A stretch of 41,476 nt of DNA, taken from the NCBI GenBank assembly GCA_964513275.1, contig CAZELN010000003.1:1-41476 (forward strand). Reading direction: 5' to 3'. A program made the position numbers and the translations under genes. Under the pieces are notes generated by a model. That model saw nothing but the letters and a program-made list of their open reading frames with translations, ran no database searches and had not been told where the DNA came from. Below are positions 15,181-25,327 of this stretch, one piece after another (the first letter of the stretch is position 1; each line of letters begins with the position of its first letter). The stretch comes from an uncultured Gammaproteobacteria bacterium. GTDB lineage: Bacteria > Patescibacteriota > Patescibacteriia > UBA9934 > GWF2-40-263.

Positions 15181-15186
15181 CCTCAT

Positions 15187-15393
15187 ATGCGTGAACTTAC
15201 TTTCACCATCACCAACCTAACCTGCGACGCGTGCATTAAATTGTCTACGATGGCGCTTCGGAAGTTACCCGGAGTCACGGACGTGTCCGTTGAACTTTCG
15301 AACGGCGCGGCTCGTGTCGCGTCGACGGAACCGATCAATCCAAGCGTCATCACGGAAGTGCTGAAGGCTAAGGGCTACGAGGTCGCATTCTAA
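15187..15393 (+). CDS. copZ: CopZ-like copper chaperone (single HMA domain)
   Basis: 68 aa with a LTCDAC CxxC motif and a ferredoxin-like HMA pattern. Confidence 0.85.
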   Translation: MRELTFTITNLTCDACIKLSTMALRKLPGVTDVSVELSNGAARVASTEPINPSVITEVLKAKGYEVAF

Positions 15394-15403
15394 CCTTACA
15401 TGT

Positions 15404-18109
15404 ATGAATAAAACATTCCGCGTTTCCGGGATGCATTGCGCGTCCTGCGAAACGCTTATCAACGAGGAGGTCAAGGAAATCCCTGGAGTGAGCGACGTCT
15501 CGACTAACGCTAAGGACGGCATTTGTCACGTGACGATGAGTTATGACGTTGCTGACGATGCGATTCTGGTTGCCATCAAGACCGCCGGGTATGATGCCGT
15601 ACGAGAAACAATACTCGCAGAAGAACCTCTGGCGGACATCGCACACTCTTTGCGTTCCATTGCGTCTTTCCTCCAGCGCGATTCTTTGACATCGCCAACG
15701 ATTAAGATTCCGACAGAACACGTATTCGTCCGTCACACGGCTGAGCCGGAAAACGAGAGGAAGGCGACGTTTATGCTGAGCGGCATGCACTGCACATCTT
15801 GCGCGGGAGTGATCACCAAGAGTATCAAGAAGCTGCCAGGTGTCGCCGACGCACAGGTGAGCTTCGCGGCGGAGAAAGCTCGCGTCACCTTCGACCCCCG
15901 ACAGACCAACGAGTCCGCGATCATCGCGCAGGTGAAGAAGGCCGGATATCGCGCTGGAATCGCGGGCAGCGCGAATCCGGACGAGGAGCGCGCCCGACGA
16001 CATCAGGAAATCAAGTCGTACTGGAACAAATTCATTATCGGAGCCATCTTGTCTCTGCCGATGCTCTATTTCATGTTCCTCGACTTTTTCTCGTTCCTTC
16101 CGGGACGGGCGTTCCTGCTCCCGCTTGTCGGCATCATCTCCCTCGTGCTTGCGACTCCGGTACAAATCCTCCTTGGCGCGGGATTCTACAAAGGGATGTG
16201 GTCGAGTCTGCGTATGCGGACGTTCAACATGGATAGCCTGATCGCGATAGGCACGAGCGCGGCGTTCATTTACAGCGTGGTGAATTTCCTCGTCTATGCG
16301 TTCACGAATAATTCCGTCCTTGGTGTAGGTGGCGAGAAGATACCTGAATTGTACTTCGAGACGGCGGCATTTCTCATCACCTTCGTGCTGATGGGCAAGT
16401 GGCTTGAAAGCAAGGCCAAGGGACAGACGTCCGACGCCGTTCGCAAGCTCATGGACTTGCAGGCCAAGACCGCTCGCGTGCTTCGCGACGGGAAACCGTT
16501 CGACGTTCCGATCGGTGACGTCGTGGAGGGCGACATCGTCGTCGTCCGTCCGGGCGAGAAAGTTCCGGTTGACGGCAACCTCGTTGACGGAAGCTCAGCT
16601 GTCGACGAATCCATGCTGACCGGCGAAAGCATTCCTGTTGAAAAGCATCCCGGCGACAAAGTTATTGGTGCGACAGTGAACAAGAATGGCAGCTTCGAGT
16701 TCCGCGCCACCAACATCGGTTCGGAAACGGTGCTCGCGCAGATCATCCGTCTCGTCGAGGAGGCGCAGGGTTCCCGCGCCCCGATCCAAGCGTTCGCCGA
16801 CCGCATCTCCGCGAAGTTTGTTCCGGCAGTGATTTTGATCGCGATCGCCACGTTCCTCGTTTGGTTTTTCCTGCTCGGCTCGACGCTTAGTTTTGCGCTG
16901 ATGGCGTTCACGGCCGTAATCGTCATCGCATGCCCGTGCGCCCTTGGTCTCGCGACGCCGACGGCAATTATGGTGGCGACCGGTAAGGGCGCGCAAAATG
17001 GAATCCTTATTAAGGGCGGCGAACCACTGGAAGCCGCATGTAAGGTACGCGCGATCATCTTCGACAAAACAGGCACGCTCACCAAAGGCAAACCAGAGGT
17101 GACGGACGTGCTCACGGTAGGATCGCACGATGAGGACGAAGTGATGGAAATTGCGGCCGGGCTTGAAGCGAAGTCAGAGCACCCACTCGCCGAGGCAATC
17201 TGCCGGTATGCGCAGGAAGAATCGCTAACTTCGGCGCAGGTTGCGAACTTCCAAGCCGTTCCCGGTCACGGCGTGCGCGGCGACGTGGACGGCGTGACGT
17301 ACTACTTCGGCAATAGAAAGCTGATGGCAACGCTCGGATTGGACGCGCATCGCTTGGAGCGAAAGATGCGACGACTGGAGGAGGAAGGCAAAACGGCGAT
17401 GTTGCTCGCGAACGCGAATGAGGTGATCGGCATCATTGCCGTGGCCGATGCCATCAAAGCGACCACGCCAGTAGCAGTTGCTTCTCTAAAGCGCATGGGT
17501 CTCACGGTCTACATGATTACCGGCGACAACATGCGCACGGCCTCGGCCATTGCGCGTCAGGCAGGGATTGAGGAACAGTACATCCGCGCCGAAGTCTTGC
17601 CAGAAGACAAGGCAAACGAAGTGAAGAAAATTCAGGCGACAGGAATCAAAGTCGCCATGGTCGGCGACGGCTTGAACGACGCTCCAGCGTTGGCGCAGGC
17701 GGACGTCGGCATCGCCATGGGAAGTGGCACGGACGTGGCTATGGAAGCGGGTGGTATCGTCCTCATGAAGTCTGATCTCCAGGATGTCGTCTCCGCCATT
17801 CAGTTGAGTCGTGAGACGCTCGGAAAGATTAAACAGAACCTGTTCTTCTCGCTATTTTACAACGTCATTGGTATCCCGATTGCCGCCCGCGTCTTCATCG
17901 GCCTCGGCATCGTGCTGCGTCCGGAGCTTGCCGGTCTTGCTATGGCGCTCAGCTCGGTGTCGGTGGTGTCCAACTCGATCCTTCTGCGTCGGTTCCGCCC
18001 GAACCATCGCAATTGGATCTCGACGTTCGCCCCTGTGGTTATGACGGTGACCTTCACTATTGCGTTCATCTTGCTAGCAAGGGTGAGCGTGGTGATGGCG
18101 GCGGGATAA
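15404..18109 (+). CDS. copA: Copper-translocating P1B-type ATPase
   Basis: Two N-terminal HMA domains (GMHCASC, GMHCTSC), [21 protein letters not shown] and GDGLNDAP. Confidence 0.95.
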   Translation: MNKTFRVSGMHCASCETLINEEVKEIPGVSDVSTNAKDGICHVTMSYDVADDAILVAIKTAGYDAVRETILAEEPLADIAHSLRSIASFLQRDSLTSPTIKIPTEHVFVRHTAEPENERKATFMLSGMHCTSCAGVITKSIKKLPGVADAQVSFAAEKARVTFDPRQTNESAIIAQVKKAGYRAGIAGSANPDEERARRHQEIKSYWNKFIIGAILSLPMLYFMFLDFFSFLPGRAFLLPLVGIISLVLATPVQILLGAGFYKGMWSSLRMRTFNMDSLIAIGTSAAFIYSVVNFLVYAFTNNSVLGVGGEKIPELYFETAAFLITFVLMGKWLESKAKGQTSDAVRKLMDLQAKTARVLRDGKPFDVPIGDVVEGDIVVVRPGEKVPVDGNLVDGSSAVDESMLTGESIPVEKHPGDKVIGATVNKNGSFEFRATNIGSETVLAQIIRLVEEAQGSRAPIQAFADRISAKFVPAVILIAIATFLVWFFLLGSTLSFALMAFTAVIVIACPCALGLATPTAIMVATGKGAQNGILIKGGEPLEAACKVRAIIFDKTGTLTKGKPEVTDVLTVGSHDEDEVMEIAAGLEAKSEHPLAEAICRYAQEESLTSAQVANFQAVPGHGVRGDVDGVTYYFGNRKLMATLGLDAHRLERKMRRLEEEGKTAMLLANANEVIGIIAVADAIKATTPVAVASLKRMGLTVYMITGDNMRTASAIARQAGIEEQYIRAEVLPEDKANEVKKIQATGIKVAMVGDGLNDAPALAQADVGIAMGSGTDVAMEAGGIVLMKSDLQDVVSAIQLSRETLGKIKQNLFFSLFYNVIGIPIAARVFIGLGIVLRPELAGLAMALSSVSVVSNSILLRRFRPNHRNWISTFAPVVMTVTFTIAFILLARVSVVMAAG

Positions 18110-18130
18110 CTCCGCCAACTCCGGCAGATA

Positions 18131-18157
18131 GAAAAGCAGTCCTCGCGGCTGCTTTTC
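18131..18157. terminator. Hairpin between convergent copA and the 256-aa membrane gene
   Basis: GAAAAGCAG...CTGCTTTTC, a 9-bp stem with a 9-nt loop. The T-tracts are modest. Confidence 0.45.
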
Positions 18158-18181
18158 TAATCCGACAAAATTACGGAGCAC

Positions 18182-18952
18182 TTATAGCCGCGCCGGGAAA
18201 ACTCTTATTCTTCGCAAGCAAATAATCGCATAGGTTATCATAAATCCAAATGGAACCAGCGACACGAATAGTCCGAGCTGTTCACTGGGTATGTCTGTGA
18301 CAGGGCTGGTATTCAGGTGTGGGAACGAGTGGAAGAGGACGAAAAACATACCGAGCGTGAAAACCCTGGCCTGAAGCCAGCGGTCTTTGTTCACGAAACC
18401 GATCACCAAGGCAGATCCGAGTACGGCGATGTGTGCCACGGAAGATTGGAATCCAAAATTGAGATAAACGAACGCCCAATTCCACAGCGTATACCCGATG
18501 ATCCACGGCAAGGTCATTCCGCTCCAATACAAGTCCTTGAATTTCCCGATCCTGTCGATGTGCACGGTGCGTAGTTTTTCCAGCGTCGCGATGAGCAAGA
18601 AACCGGCGACGGCGTTGAGATAATTTCCGATCCCGCCGGACGACGCATCCCTGACAACCGCTTCGAGGATATTCACCGCAAGGAACGCATACGTCACCCA
18701 TTGGACGAGTTTGGTGTCTTTCCCAAGCCTTGTGGTTCTAAAAATAGAAAGGACGGCGATCCCGCTTGCAATGGAGAATACCTTCGCCCAGGGAAACCAA
18801 TCTACGGCGTCAAACAGCAATATCCAACAGGAGAACAGCACCGCCGACACAATGGAAAAGAACGCCAGCGAAAATCGCGGATAGCGGTGAAAGATCTCCT
18901 CGGTAACGATGAGCCCAACGAAGAGAAGCAGGGTGTAGAGGACTATAGCCAT
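18182..18952 (-). CDS. Multi-pass membrane protein (about 8 TM), function unknown
   Basis: Hydrophobic throughout. ATG start. Last gene of a four-gene minus-strand operon. Confidence 0.65.
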   Translation of the reverse strand: MAIVLYTLLLFVGLIVTEEIFHRYPRFSLAFFSIVSAVLFSCWILLFDAVDWFPWAKVFSIASGIAVLSIFRTTRLGKDTKLVQWVTYAFLAVNILEAVVRDASSGGIGNYLNAVAGFLLIATLEKLRTVHIDRIGKFKDLYWSGMTLPWIIGYTLWNWAFVYLNFGFQSSVAHIAVLGSALVIGFVNKDRWLQARVFTLGMFFVLFHSFPHLNTSPVTDIPSEQLGLFVSLVPFGFMITYAIICLRRIRVFPARL

Positions 18953-19167
18953 TTTCCGTTTTTCTCAAGCATCATGTGATGAATGGTCGCGGCTTGAATC
19001 CAAATGGCAGCGAGAAGGGACGTGATGGAGCACAGCAGCATAATCTCCCTCGTCATACCGAACCAGATGACATCTGTCGGCCAGACGAGCACCGCGAAGG
19101 CAGACATACCAATGCCAATCAATCCGAAGGCCACACTAAAGACATGGAGCAGTTGTGAAAATTTCAT
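18943..19167 (-). CDS. Small two-TM membrane protein (74 aa)
   Basis: ATG at 19167. Overlaps the next gene by 10 nt. The C-terminus contains HHMM. Confidence 0.55.
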   Translation of the reverse strand: MKFSQLLHVFSVAFGLIGIGMSAFAVLVWPTDVIWFGMTREIMLLCSITSLLAAIWIQAATIHHMMLEKNGKWL

Positions 19168-19186
19168 AAACTTTCGTTAGCTAACG

Positions 19187-19516
19187 TTATTGTCCCATCA
19201 TCTGCATCATGCTTCCGCCGCGTCCGTTCATCTCCTGTCCATTGCTTTGCATCATGCTTCCGCTTTCATTCAACTCCTGCCCCTGCTGCATCATTTCCTG
19301 ATCGTTGTATGTCCCGCCTTTGTCGATCATCATCTGACCGGCCGTCATCATCATGCTTCCTGCCTGCATCATGCTAGAGCCGTTGTCGCTCATCATGGAG
19401 GCGGATGTGCGCATGTAGTCCGTTGAGAACGGGTTGGATGAGTTCGCTACGGCGTATCCGCCGAAGCCGCCGATCACGAGGGCGATAAGAACGCCGAGAA
19501 TAAGTTTGTTGTCCAT
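19187..19516 (-). CDS. Met-rich, membrane-anchored protein (109 aa; 20 Met)
   Basis: The start is set to ATG 19516, 1 nt after the upstream stop. N-terminal TM helix, then SMMQ/MMxx repeats: 19 Met in the last 75 aa, with no Cys or His. Confidence 0.7.
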   Translation of the reverse strand: MDNKLILGVLIALVIGGFGGYAVANSSNPFSTDYMRTSASMMSDNGSSMMQAGSMMMTAGQMMIDKGGTYNDQEMMQQGQELNESGSMMQSNGQEMNGRGGSMMQMMGQ

Positions 19517-19517
19517 A

Positions 19518-19784
19518 TTATTTGCCTTTGCAGCAATCCTTGTGGAACGCATGAAAAATCGCCGAGCCAACGAAGCCATACACAAAGCTCAACACGCCGC
19601 CCCACACGATGCTTCCGATGCCGTATCCTTGAAACCCTGGGAATAAAAGTTTCAGCGAGAGCAGATGGTGCGCGAGCACGTCGGCACCGTACGGATACAC
19701 TTTCGGCCAGACAAGGCAAAGGACGTACAAGAGCACGAAAAAACCGGCAACACGGACTGCGTGTGACGTTGCTGGAGTCGTCAT
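19518..19784 (-). CDS. Small membrane protein (88 aa) ending in HKDCCKGK
   Basis: ATG start, two or three hydrophobic segments and a C-terminal CC pair. First gene of the operon. Confidence 0.6.
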   Translation of the reverse strand: MTTPATSHAVRVAGFFVLLYVLCLVWPKVYPYGADVLAHHLLSLKLLFPGFQGYGIGSIVWGGVLSFVYGFVGSAIFHAFHKDCCKGK

Positions 19785-19822
19785 ACAAATAAGTTAGGGG
19801 CCATAAGATGGCCGATGACTTT

Positions 19823-19831
19823 ATTATAACA
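19823..19831 (-). promoter_or_regulatory. Extended -10 promoter element TGTTATAAT
   Basis: Reverse strand of 19823-19831, about 38 nt upstream of ATG 19784 and just downstream of the gyrA stop. Confidence 0.45.
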
Positions 19832-19836
19832 CTCTT

Positions 19837-22800
19837 TTAGATCAGTGCCACACTTGCAACCGTGTCCTTTTCTTTCTTGAAGCGCATAATGCGCACACCC
19901 TGAGTGGCGCGACCCAGAACCGACACGGACTTGAGAGGTGATCGCAGCACTTGTCCAGCTTCGGAAACGACAAACAGGTCTCGGGCATCGTCCGAGGGCA
20001 CGATGTACGCGCTCACAATCTCCCCCGTTTTCTTGGTAATGTTCGCGGTCTTAATTCCGGATCCGCCACGTCGCTGCACTTTGTATTCTTTAATCTCACT
20101 GCGTTTCCCGTAACCTTCATGCATGATGACAAGAAGTTGATCCCCGTTTTTGGAACGACTTTGCCCAATCACATCCATACCAACAATCTGGTCACCACTC
20201 TTGAGCTTCATGCCGCGGACTCCTGAGGCATTGCGACCCATCGCGCGAATATCCGTTTCCTTAAAACGAATCGCTTGACCAAGACGGCTCACAAACATCA
20301 CTTCATCCTTGCCGGTTGTTGGTTTCACCCATTGCAAGTTGTCGCCATCCACAAGTTTAATCGCGAGGAGCCCTGAACGACGAATATTTTCAAACTGGTC
20401 GAGTTCCACTTTCTTGGCTGTGCCTTGGTTGGTGACCATGAGGAGATACTTCATGCTCTCCATCCCGTCGAGCGAAAACGACGCCGTGACCACTTCCCCT
20501 GGCGCCAATTGCAGGAAGTTTACGATCGCCTGGCCTTTCGCCGTGCGAGACGCTTCGGGAACATCGTAGGCCTTGAGGCGGAACACGCGGCCGCGGTTGG
20601 TAAAGAACATGAGATCCTTGTGCGTCGTTGTGGTGAACACCTGCTCAACCACGTCGTCTTCTTTGGTCGTAAGCCCTGCGACTCCCTTGCCGCCACGGTG
20701 TTGCGTTTTGAAGGTGTCTGGTGGGATGCGTTTGATGTAGCCAGCCTTGGTGATCATCACAACCGTTTGTGTATCCGGGACAACATCCTCAATGGAAAAC
20801 TCCTTGATCCCATGCTTTACGATCTGCGTACGGCGTGGTGTTCCGTACTTGTCCCGTAGCTCTTCCACCTCTGTGGCGATCACGGCCATCATTTTTTTCT
20901 CGCTCTTCAAAATCGATTCAAGCTCTTCGATAAGTTTCAGCATTTCCGTATGCTCCGTTTCCACTTTCAACGTTTCGAGGTTGGCGAGATTCTGTAAGCG
21001 CATTTCCAAAATCGCCGATGCTTGACGGTCAGAAAGGTTGAACTTACTCACAAGGTTGACCCGGGCTTCATCTTTGTCCTTACTCTTTTTGATCGTCTTA
21101 ATAATTTCGTCGATCTTGAGAATGGCAATACGCAACCCTTCCAAGATGTGGGCGCGATCGCTTGCTCGAGTCAAATCAAACTCGGTTCGACGCCGTACGA
21201 CTTCACGACGATGTTTTACGTACTCCTCCAAAATCATCTTGAGGTTCAACACACGCGGTTGAATTCCATCCACGAGTGCAAGCATGTTGTAATGGATCGT
21301 CTCTTGGAGTTGCGAGGTTTGATACAGGCGATTCAACACTTTTTTTGGATACGCGTCTTTCTTGAGCTCAACCACAATGCGTACAGCCCCTTTACTTGAC
21401 TCATCGCGCAAATCACGGATCCCCTCGATCTTCTTGTCACGGACATTTTCCGCAATCTTCATGAGCAGATTGCTCTTATTCACTTGGTACGGAATCTCGC
21501 TCACGATAATGGAAAAATTTCCTTTGCTGTCTTCTACAATCTCCGTCTTCGCACGCACAACCACGCCTCCTTTGCCAGTGGCAAACGCGGCTTGAATATC
21601 TTTTTGGTTATACGCGATCGCGCCAGTTGGAAAATCTGGACCCTGAACAATGTGGGAAAGCTCGTCAATAGACGCATCCCGATTCTTGATGAGATGCAAC
21701 ACGGCATCCGCAATTTCCGTAAGATTATGGGGGGGGATATTGGACGCCATGCCCACCGCAATCCCGACCGTCCCATTAATGAGCAAGTTGGGAAGTTTCG
21801 CTGGTAAGACTTTTGGCTCCTTGTGCGTGCCATCAAAATTTGGCATGAAGTCAACGGTATTCTTCTCGATGTCCATGAGGAGTTCCTCGCTCACCTGTTC
21901 AAGTTTCGCCTCCGTGTATCGATACGCCGCGGCTGAGTCCCCATCCAACGAGTTATGAACAAAGATTCCAGCGGCAAGACAAAAGTTGTGTGTGCCATCA
22001 ATGGTAAGGTCATACACATCCTCACGTTCAGCGATTGGTTCCACACGAACGACTTTGTGGTTACCGTTCAATTCCTGCAACACTAATTCTGAGTTGCTTT
22101 GGAAATAGTTCTTCAAACCCGTGTGCCAAAGTGGTGCTTTTCCGTATGGATAAACACGCAACCGACATAACTCATACGTATCCGCATTCAATTCGCCACA
22201 GACATCAAGTGTGTATTTACTGATCTCTAAAAACTTCAATTTTCCCGTCGTATTTGACGTGTGGTTTTTATTTCCCTTTACAATCCGAGCATGCATAAGC
22301 TGTTGGTATTCCGGATCCTGCCACTGTTCTTTGAGACGCGCGCTCGTTCTTTTACCGAAAGCCTCTGCTTGCTCGGGATGTTTCCGATAAAAATCTTTCA
22401 TGAATTCGCTCATCTGCTGAGCCTTGTCCGCACGGTACGTTTCATTTTGCCAATTATCAGAATTACGTTTGGACATACGCTCGGCCTGTCGTAGTCGATT
22501 TTCAGGATCATTCCAAAACGCGCGGCGACCTTGCGCAATTCGCTCTCGGTACTCCGAATCTTCATGCTGTTTGGATGCATGCTTATAATGGATCTCCCAA
22601 TGGTTCCCCCATGATAATCGAGTAATATTGTCCGGATTGTTGTTGAGCTTATTGAAGTCTTTGTGGTGTCGAACTCTTCCTGCCGATTTTGTATAAGTGC
22701 CGTGCGTCAAATTAAAATTATCCGCAAGGTGGTGCACTGGTACCCATTCATTTGTCTTATTTTGGAGAATCAACGTGTAACCTTCACGATTCAGTCGGTC

Positions 22801-23493
22801 AGTTTTTTCGGACAACTTCGTATAAAGTGGCATGAGTGACTGACCTGTTTGCAATTGACGAGCTTCGGTATAGCTCCCATCACGAAGCATGAACCTATGA
22901 TCAGGCGTACAACGAATCTGCGTACCGTTATCTAACACAACCCTTACCAGCTCCGCTTTTTCTCTTGTAAGACGTGGATGCTGAATTTCGGCAATGTCGA
23001 CAAGACCTTTTGAATTCACTGTATAGGTATAGTTTTTCTTTCCTGAAGCGTGTTCGTTGACAAGCATTTTAAAATCAGCGTCACGTCCATCTGTCAGCCT
23101 TACCTTTGTATCCTGTGTGAAACATCCAAAGTTCCCTTGACCGCGAATCAGCGGCATGCGCATGGAAAAATCCTGCGCCATGCGCACAAGCGAATCGTAC
23201 ACCGCGGAGTCTCCGTGCGGATGGTATTTTCCCAGCACGTCTCCGACAACGGCCGCACACTTCTTGAATTTGGCGCTGCTGCGCAAACCGGTCTGCCACA
23301 TGGAATACAAAATGCGGCGATGGACAGGTTTCAAACCGTCTCGAATATCCGGTAGCGCCCGTCCGACAATGACGGACATGGCGTAATCCAGATACGACGT
23401 CTGCATTTCTGTCACCAAACTTTGCGAAACGACAGACTCTCGTTGTACATCTTGCGACTCAGGCTCTTCATGGGGTGATGTTTTCTTGCTCAT
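19837..23493 (-). CDS. gyrA: DNA gyrase subunit A, interrupted by an intein (827-aa extein + 391-aa intein)
   Basis: [41 protein letters not shown] | intein | [24 protein letters not shown], and C-terminal beta-pinwheel repeats. Confidence 0.95.
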   Translation of the reverse strand: MSKKTSPHEEPESQDVQRESVVSQSLVTEMQTSYLDYAMSVIVGRALPDIRDGLKPVHRRILYSMWQTGLRSSAKFKKCAAVVGDVLGKYHPHGDSAVYDSLVRMAQDFSMRMPLIRGQGNFGCFTQDTKVRLTDGRDADFKMLVNEHASGKKNYTYTVNSKGLVDIAEIQHPRLTREKAELVRVVLDNGTQIRCTPDHRFMLRDGSYTEARQLQTGQSLMPLYTKLSEKTDRLNREGYTLILQNKTNEWVPVHHLADNFNLTHGTYTKSAGRVRHHKDFNKLNNNPDNITRLSWGNHWEIHYKHASKQHEDSEYRERIAQGRRAFWNDPENRLRQAERMSKRNSDNWQNETYRADKAQQMSEFMKDFYRKHPEQAEAFGKRTSARLKEQWQDPEYQQLMHARIVKGNKNHTSNTTGKLKFLEISKYTLDVCGELNADTYELCRLRVYPYGKAPLWHTGLKNYFQSNSELVLQELNGNHKVVRVEPIAEREDVYDLTIDGTHNFCLAAGIFVHNSLDGDSAAAYRYTEAKLEQVSEELLMDIEKNTVDFMPNFDGTHKEPKVLPAKLPNLLINGTVGIAVGMASNIPPHNLTEIADAVLHLIKNRDASIDELSHIVQGPDFPTGAIAYNQKDIQAAFATGKGGVVVRAKTEIVEDSKGNFSIIVSEIPYQVNKSNLLMKIAENVRDKKIEGIRDLRDESSKGAVRIVVELKKDAYPKKVLNRLYQTSQLQETIHYNMLALVDGIQPRVLNLKMILEEYVKHRREVVRRRTEFDLTRASDRAHILEGLRIAILKIDEIIKTIKKSKDKDEARVNLVSKFNLSDRQASAILEMRLQNLANLETLKVETEHTEMLKLIEELESILKSEKKMMAVIATEVEELRDKYGTPRRTQIVKHGIKEFSIEDVVPDTQTVVMITKAGYIKRIPPDTFKTQHRGGKGVAGLTTKEDDVVEQVFTTTTHKDLMFFTNRGRVFRLKAYDVPEASRTAKGQAIVNFLQLAPGEVVTASFSLDGMESMKYLLMVTNQGTAKKVELDQFENIRRSGLLAIKLVDGDNLQWVKPTTGKDEVMFVSRLGQAIRFKETDIRAMGRNASGVRGMKLKSGDQIVGMDVIGQSRSKNGDQLLVIMHEGYGKRSEIKEYKVQRRGGSGIKTANITKKTGEIVSAYIVPSDDARDLFVVSEAGQVLRSPLKSVSVLGRATQGVRIMRFKKEKDTVASVALI
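21952..23124 (-). mobile_element. GyrA intein (391 aa) with an HNH-type endonuclease domain
   Basis: Cys1 ([10 protein letters not shown]), block B TPDH, C-terminal block [22 protein letters not shown] followed by +1 Ser. Internal [30 protein letters not shown] is an HNH motif. Confidence 0.88.
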
Positions 23494-23815
23494 AGGAGGA
23501 TGCGCTTTCTGAGAGTGTTTCTTGTTGTTGTTTTTCTGCTTGGTATCCGTCTTGAAAAGCCTCTAATGCGTCTGTGACGTCACTCACTTCTTGGGTTGGA
23601 TCAAGTTGCGCTTCTTGAATCTTTTCAGCCGCGCGGTCAACTCCTTCCAAAAATGTCGACTGGATGGTTGGCACTTCTACACGAAGTCCGCGAATGGTCA
23701 TCACCCAGCCCAACAAAATCACGACGACTCCTATTCCCATGAACGCCCAGAACCACCGTCGCTGAGTGGAACTCATCGGGCGAAGTGACCGAGGCTTGAA
23801 AACGGAAGGTCGCAT
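23468..23815 (-). CDS. Hypothetical membrane-anchored protein (115 aa)
   Basis: ATG start, one TM helix ([21 protein letters not shown]) and an acidic tail. Overlaps the gyrA start by 26 nt. Confidence 0.55.
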   Translation of the reverse strand: MRPSVFKPRSLRPMSSTQRRWFWAFMGIGVVVILLGWVMTIRGLRVEVPTIQSTFLEGVDRAAEKIQEAQLDPTQEVSDVTDALEAFQDGYQAEKQQQETLSESASSYEQENITP

Positions 23816-23817
23816 AC

Positions 23818-24468
23818 CTAACGCGTCAGGGAGATGATGATCATGTCCTCCTCCGGCAAATCCTTGCGGGTCACTTTATATTTATTCATCTCTTCTCGAC
23901 GGCATGTCCCAAACGCTTTACAAAACGCGTCCACACTGCCAAGGGATTCCTTCATTCCGGGAATCGCGTGCGTCATCGGGATGACGACCCGAGGTTCAAT
24001 TTGAGAAATGACTTCTGAGGCGACGTGTGGATCCATCACGCGCCCACCGCCTACGGGAATCATCAACACGTCGATATTTTCAAGTCTCTGCAGTTCTTCG
24101 TCTGCGAGCGGACGGTCAAGCGCCCCCACATGCGCAAGACGCATGGCTTCCGTTTCCAATCGGAAAATCAAATTGGGTATCTTTCTTCCTTTCTCTTCCC
24201 GTTTGAGCGGGGCGGAAATACCAAACACAAAGATGCTTCCCACTTCAAATTCACCTGGAAGATCGATCACGTACGGACTTCCCATCACAGCCTCACGATT
24301 ATTCGCGTCTTCTTCGTTATGGGAAATAAGAAGCATCTGAGCTTCAAGCGTCCGGGGAAATCGAAGACCTGTTGAATTTTGGTACGGGTCAGTGACGATG
24401 TGAACGTCGCCGACAGCGGTTTTGGTACTGATTTCAAAAGACGAAAATCCGTTCCAAGAAATTTGCAT
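23818..24468 (-). CDS. Metallo-beta-lactamase-fold protein with a degenerate metal-binding motif
   Basis: MQISWNGFSSFEI...IVTDPY...LLISHNEEDANN follows the MBL-fold (UPF0173/UlaG-like) pattern, but HxHxDH is replaced by HNEEDA. The start is moved to ATG 24468. Confidence 0.6.
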   Translation of the reverse strand: MQISWNGFSSFEISTKTAVGDVHIVTDPYQNSTGLRFPRTLEAQMLLISHNEEDANNREAVMGSPYVIDLPGEFEVGSIFVFGISAPLKREEKGRKIPNLIFRLETEAMRLAHVGALDRPLADEELQRLENIDVLMIPVGGGRVMDPHVASEVISQIEPRVVIPMTHAIPGMKESLGSVDAFCKAFGTCRREEMNKYKVTRKDLPEEDMIIISLTR

Positions 24469-24470
24469 AC

Positions 24471-24923
24471 TTATTCCCCTTCTTGCGCAAACGTGTCCTT
24501 CCAATATTCGATTTCTTTTTTGACGATCTCAAGCTCTGGATCCGGCTCCGTGACGAGAAACCCTTCACGGAAGCGCTCTGCTTTATTCTTGATCTCTGCT
24601 TGTTGAATCTCGTCGCCTCCCTGCGCGAGCTGCTGCAGTTCATCGATCGCTTCCTGAATTTTCCCGGCTTCGTGTGTCCATTTGTCCACGAGTGCCTGAT
24701 ACTGCTCTGCCTGCTCTCCAACACGGCTCTTCAACATCTCAGCGAGCTTATCCTTGGCGACCAAGATGCCGTCCTCAACCTGATATCGCTGCTTGGCATC
24801 GAGGGATTCGGTAAACAGGTCGCTGGAAACCAGTTCTTCAAGACTCACACCCGCGTCGATATGCGGCTTGATGACGCCCCTCACGGTTTCATCTACATGC
24901 TCAAGCACCATTCTTTTGAGCAT
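24471..24923 (-). CDS. Hypothetical acidic helical protein (150 aa), possibly the 3' part of a longer interrupted gene
   Basis: ORF with an ATG start. The same frame stays open for 49 more codons upstream, up to an in-frame TAA (see findings). Confidence 0.55.
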   Translation of the reverse strand: MLKRMVLEHVDETVRGVIKPHIDAGVSLEELVSSDLFTESLDAKQRYQVEDGILVAKDKLAEMLKSRVGEQAEQYQALVDKWTHEAGKIQEAIDELQQLAQGGDEIQQAEIKNKAERFREGFLVTEPDPELEIVKKEIEYWKDTFAQEGE

Positions 24924-25224
24924 CTCCTCGGCTGAGGAACTCGTCAGCTCTTGGTAGGCGCGACGATAGGGATATTCCTTAATCCCAATCGTGTAGAACG
25001 CCTGTTTGATCGCGGCCTCATCGAGCGCATCATTTTTAGAAAGATCATCGTGGAGACGTTGAGCCTCTGCTTAGATGACTGCTGGAAGCGTTTGAACAAA
25101 GTGCTTAATCGCGTACTGAAATTCATCAAGCATGGACTGGTGTGGATGTGGCATACAAGAACGATAGGCTAAAGATAACGAGGAGATCATACCAGCAACC
25201 CCCTGATCGTTCAAGTACAATTTA

Positions 25225-25252
25225 TTGACATTCCTTGGCTATCTGCTACACT
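25225..25252 (+). promoter_or_regulatory. Sigma70-like promoter of rpsA (TTGACA-16-TACACT)
   Basis: TTGACA at 25225-25230 and TACACT at 25247-25252, leaving a 5' leader of about 70 nt. Confidence 0.55.
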
Positions 25253-25327
25253 CGCCGAGTCATTAATTCCCCTAATTCCGTGTGAGTCCTCCAGCGAAGC
25301 CTGGATCGCTTGCCGGCCTATTTTTAT

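Noticed and set aside
15368-17330. Long antisense ORFs within copA (15368-16165, 16294-17115, 16595-17128, 17112-17330)
   Set aside because: copA is unambiguous (CPC, DKTGT, GDGxNDAP). The antisense ORFs are Arg/Ser-rich shadow frames.
24944-25129. 61-aa minus-strand ORF (MMNFSTRLSTLFKRFQQSSKQRLNVS...)
   Set aside because: It is basic and low-complexity, and it is out of frame with the more protein-like frame that continues into gene 24471-24923.
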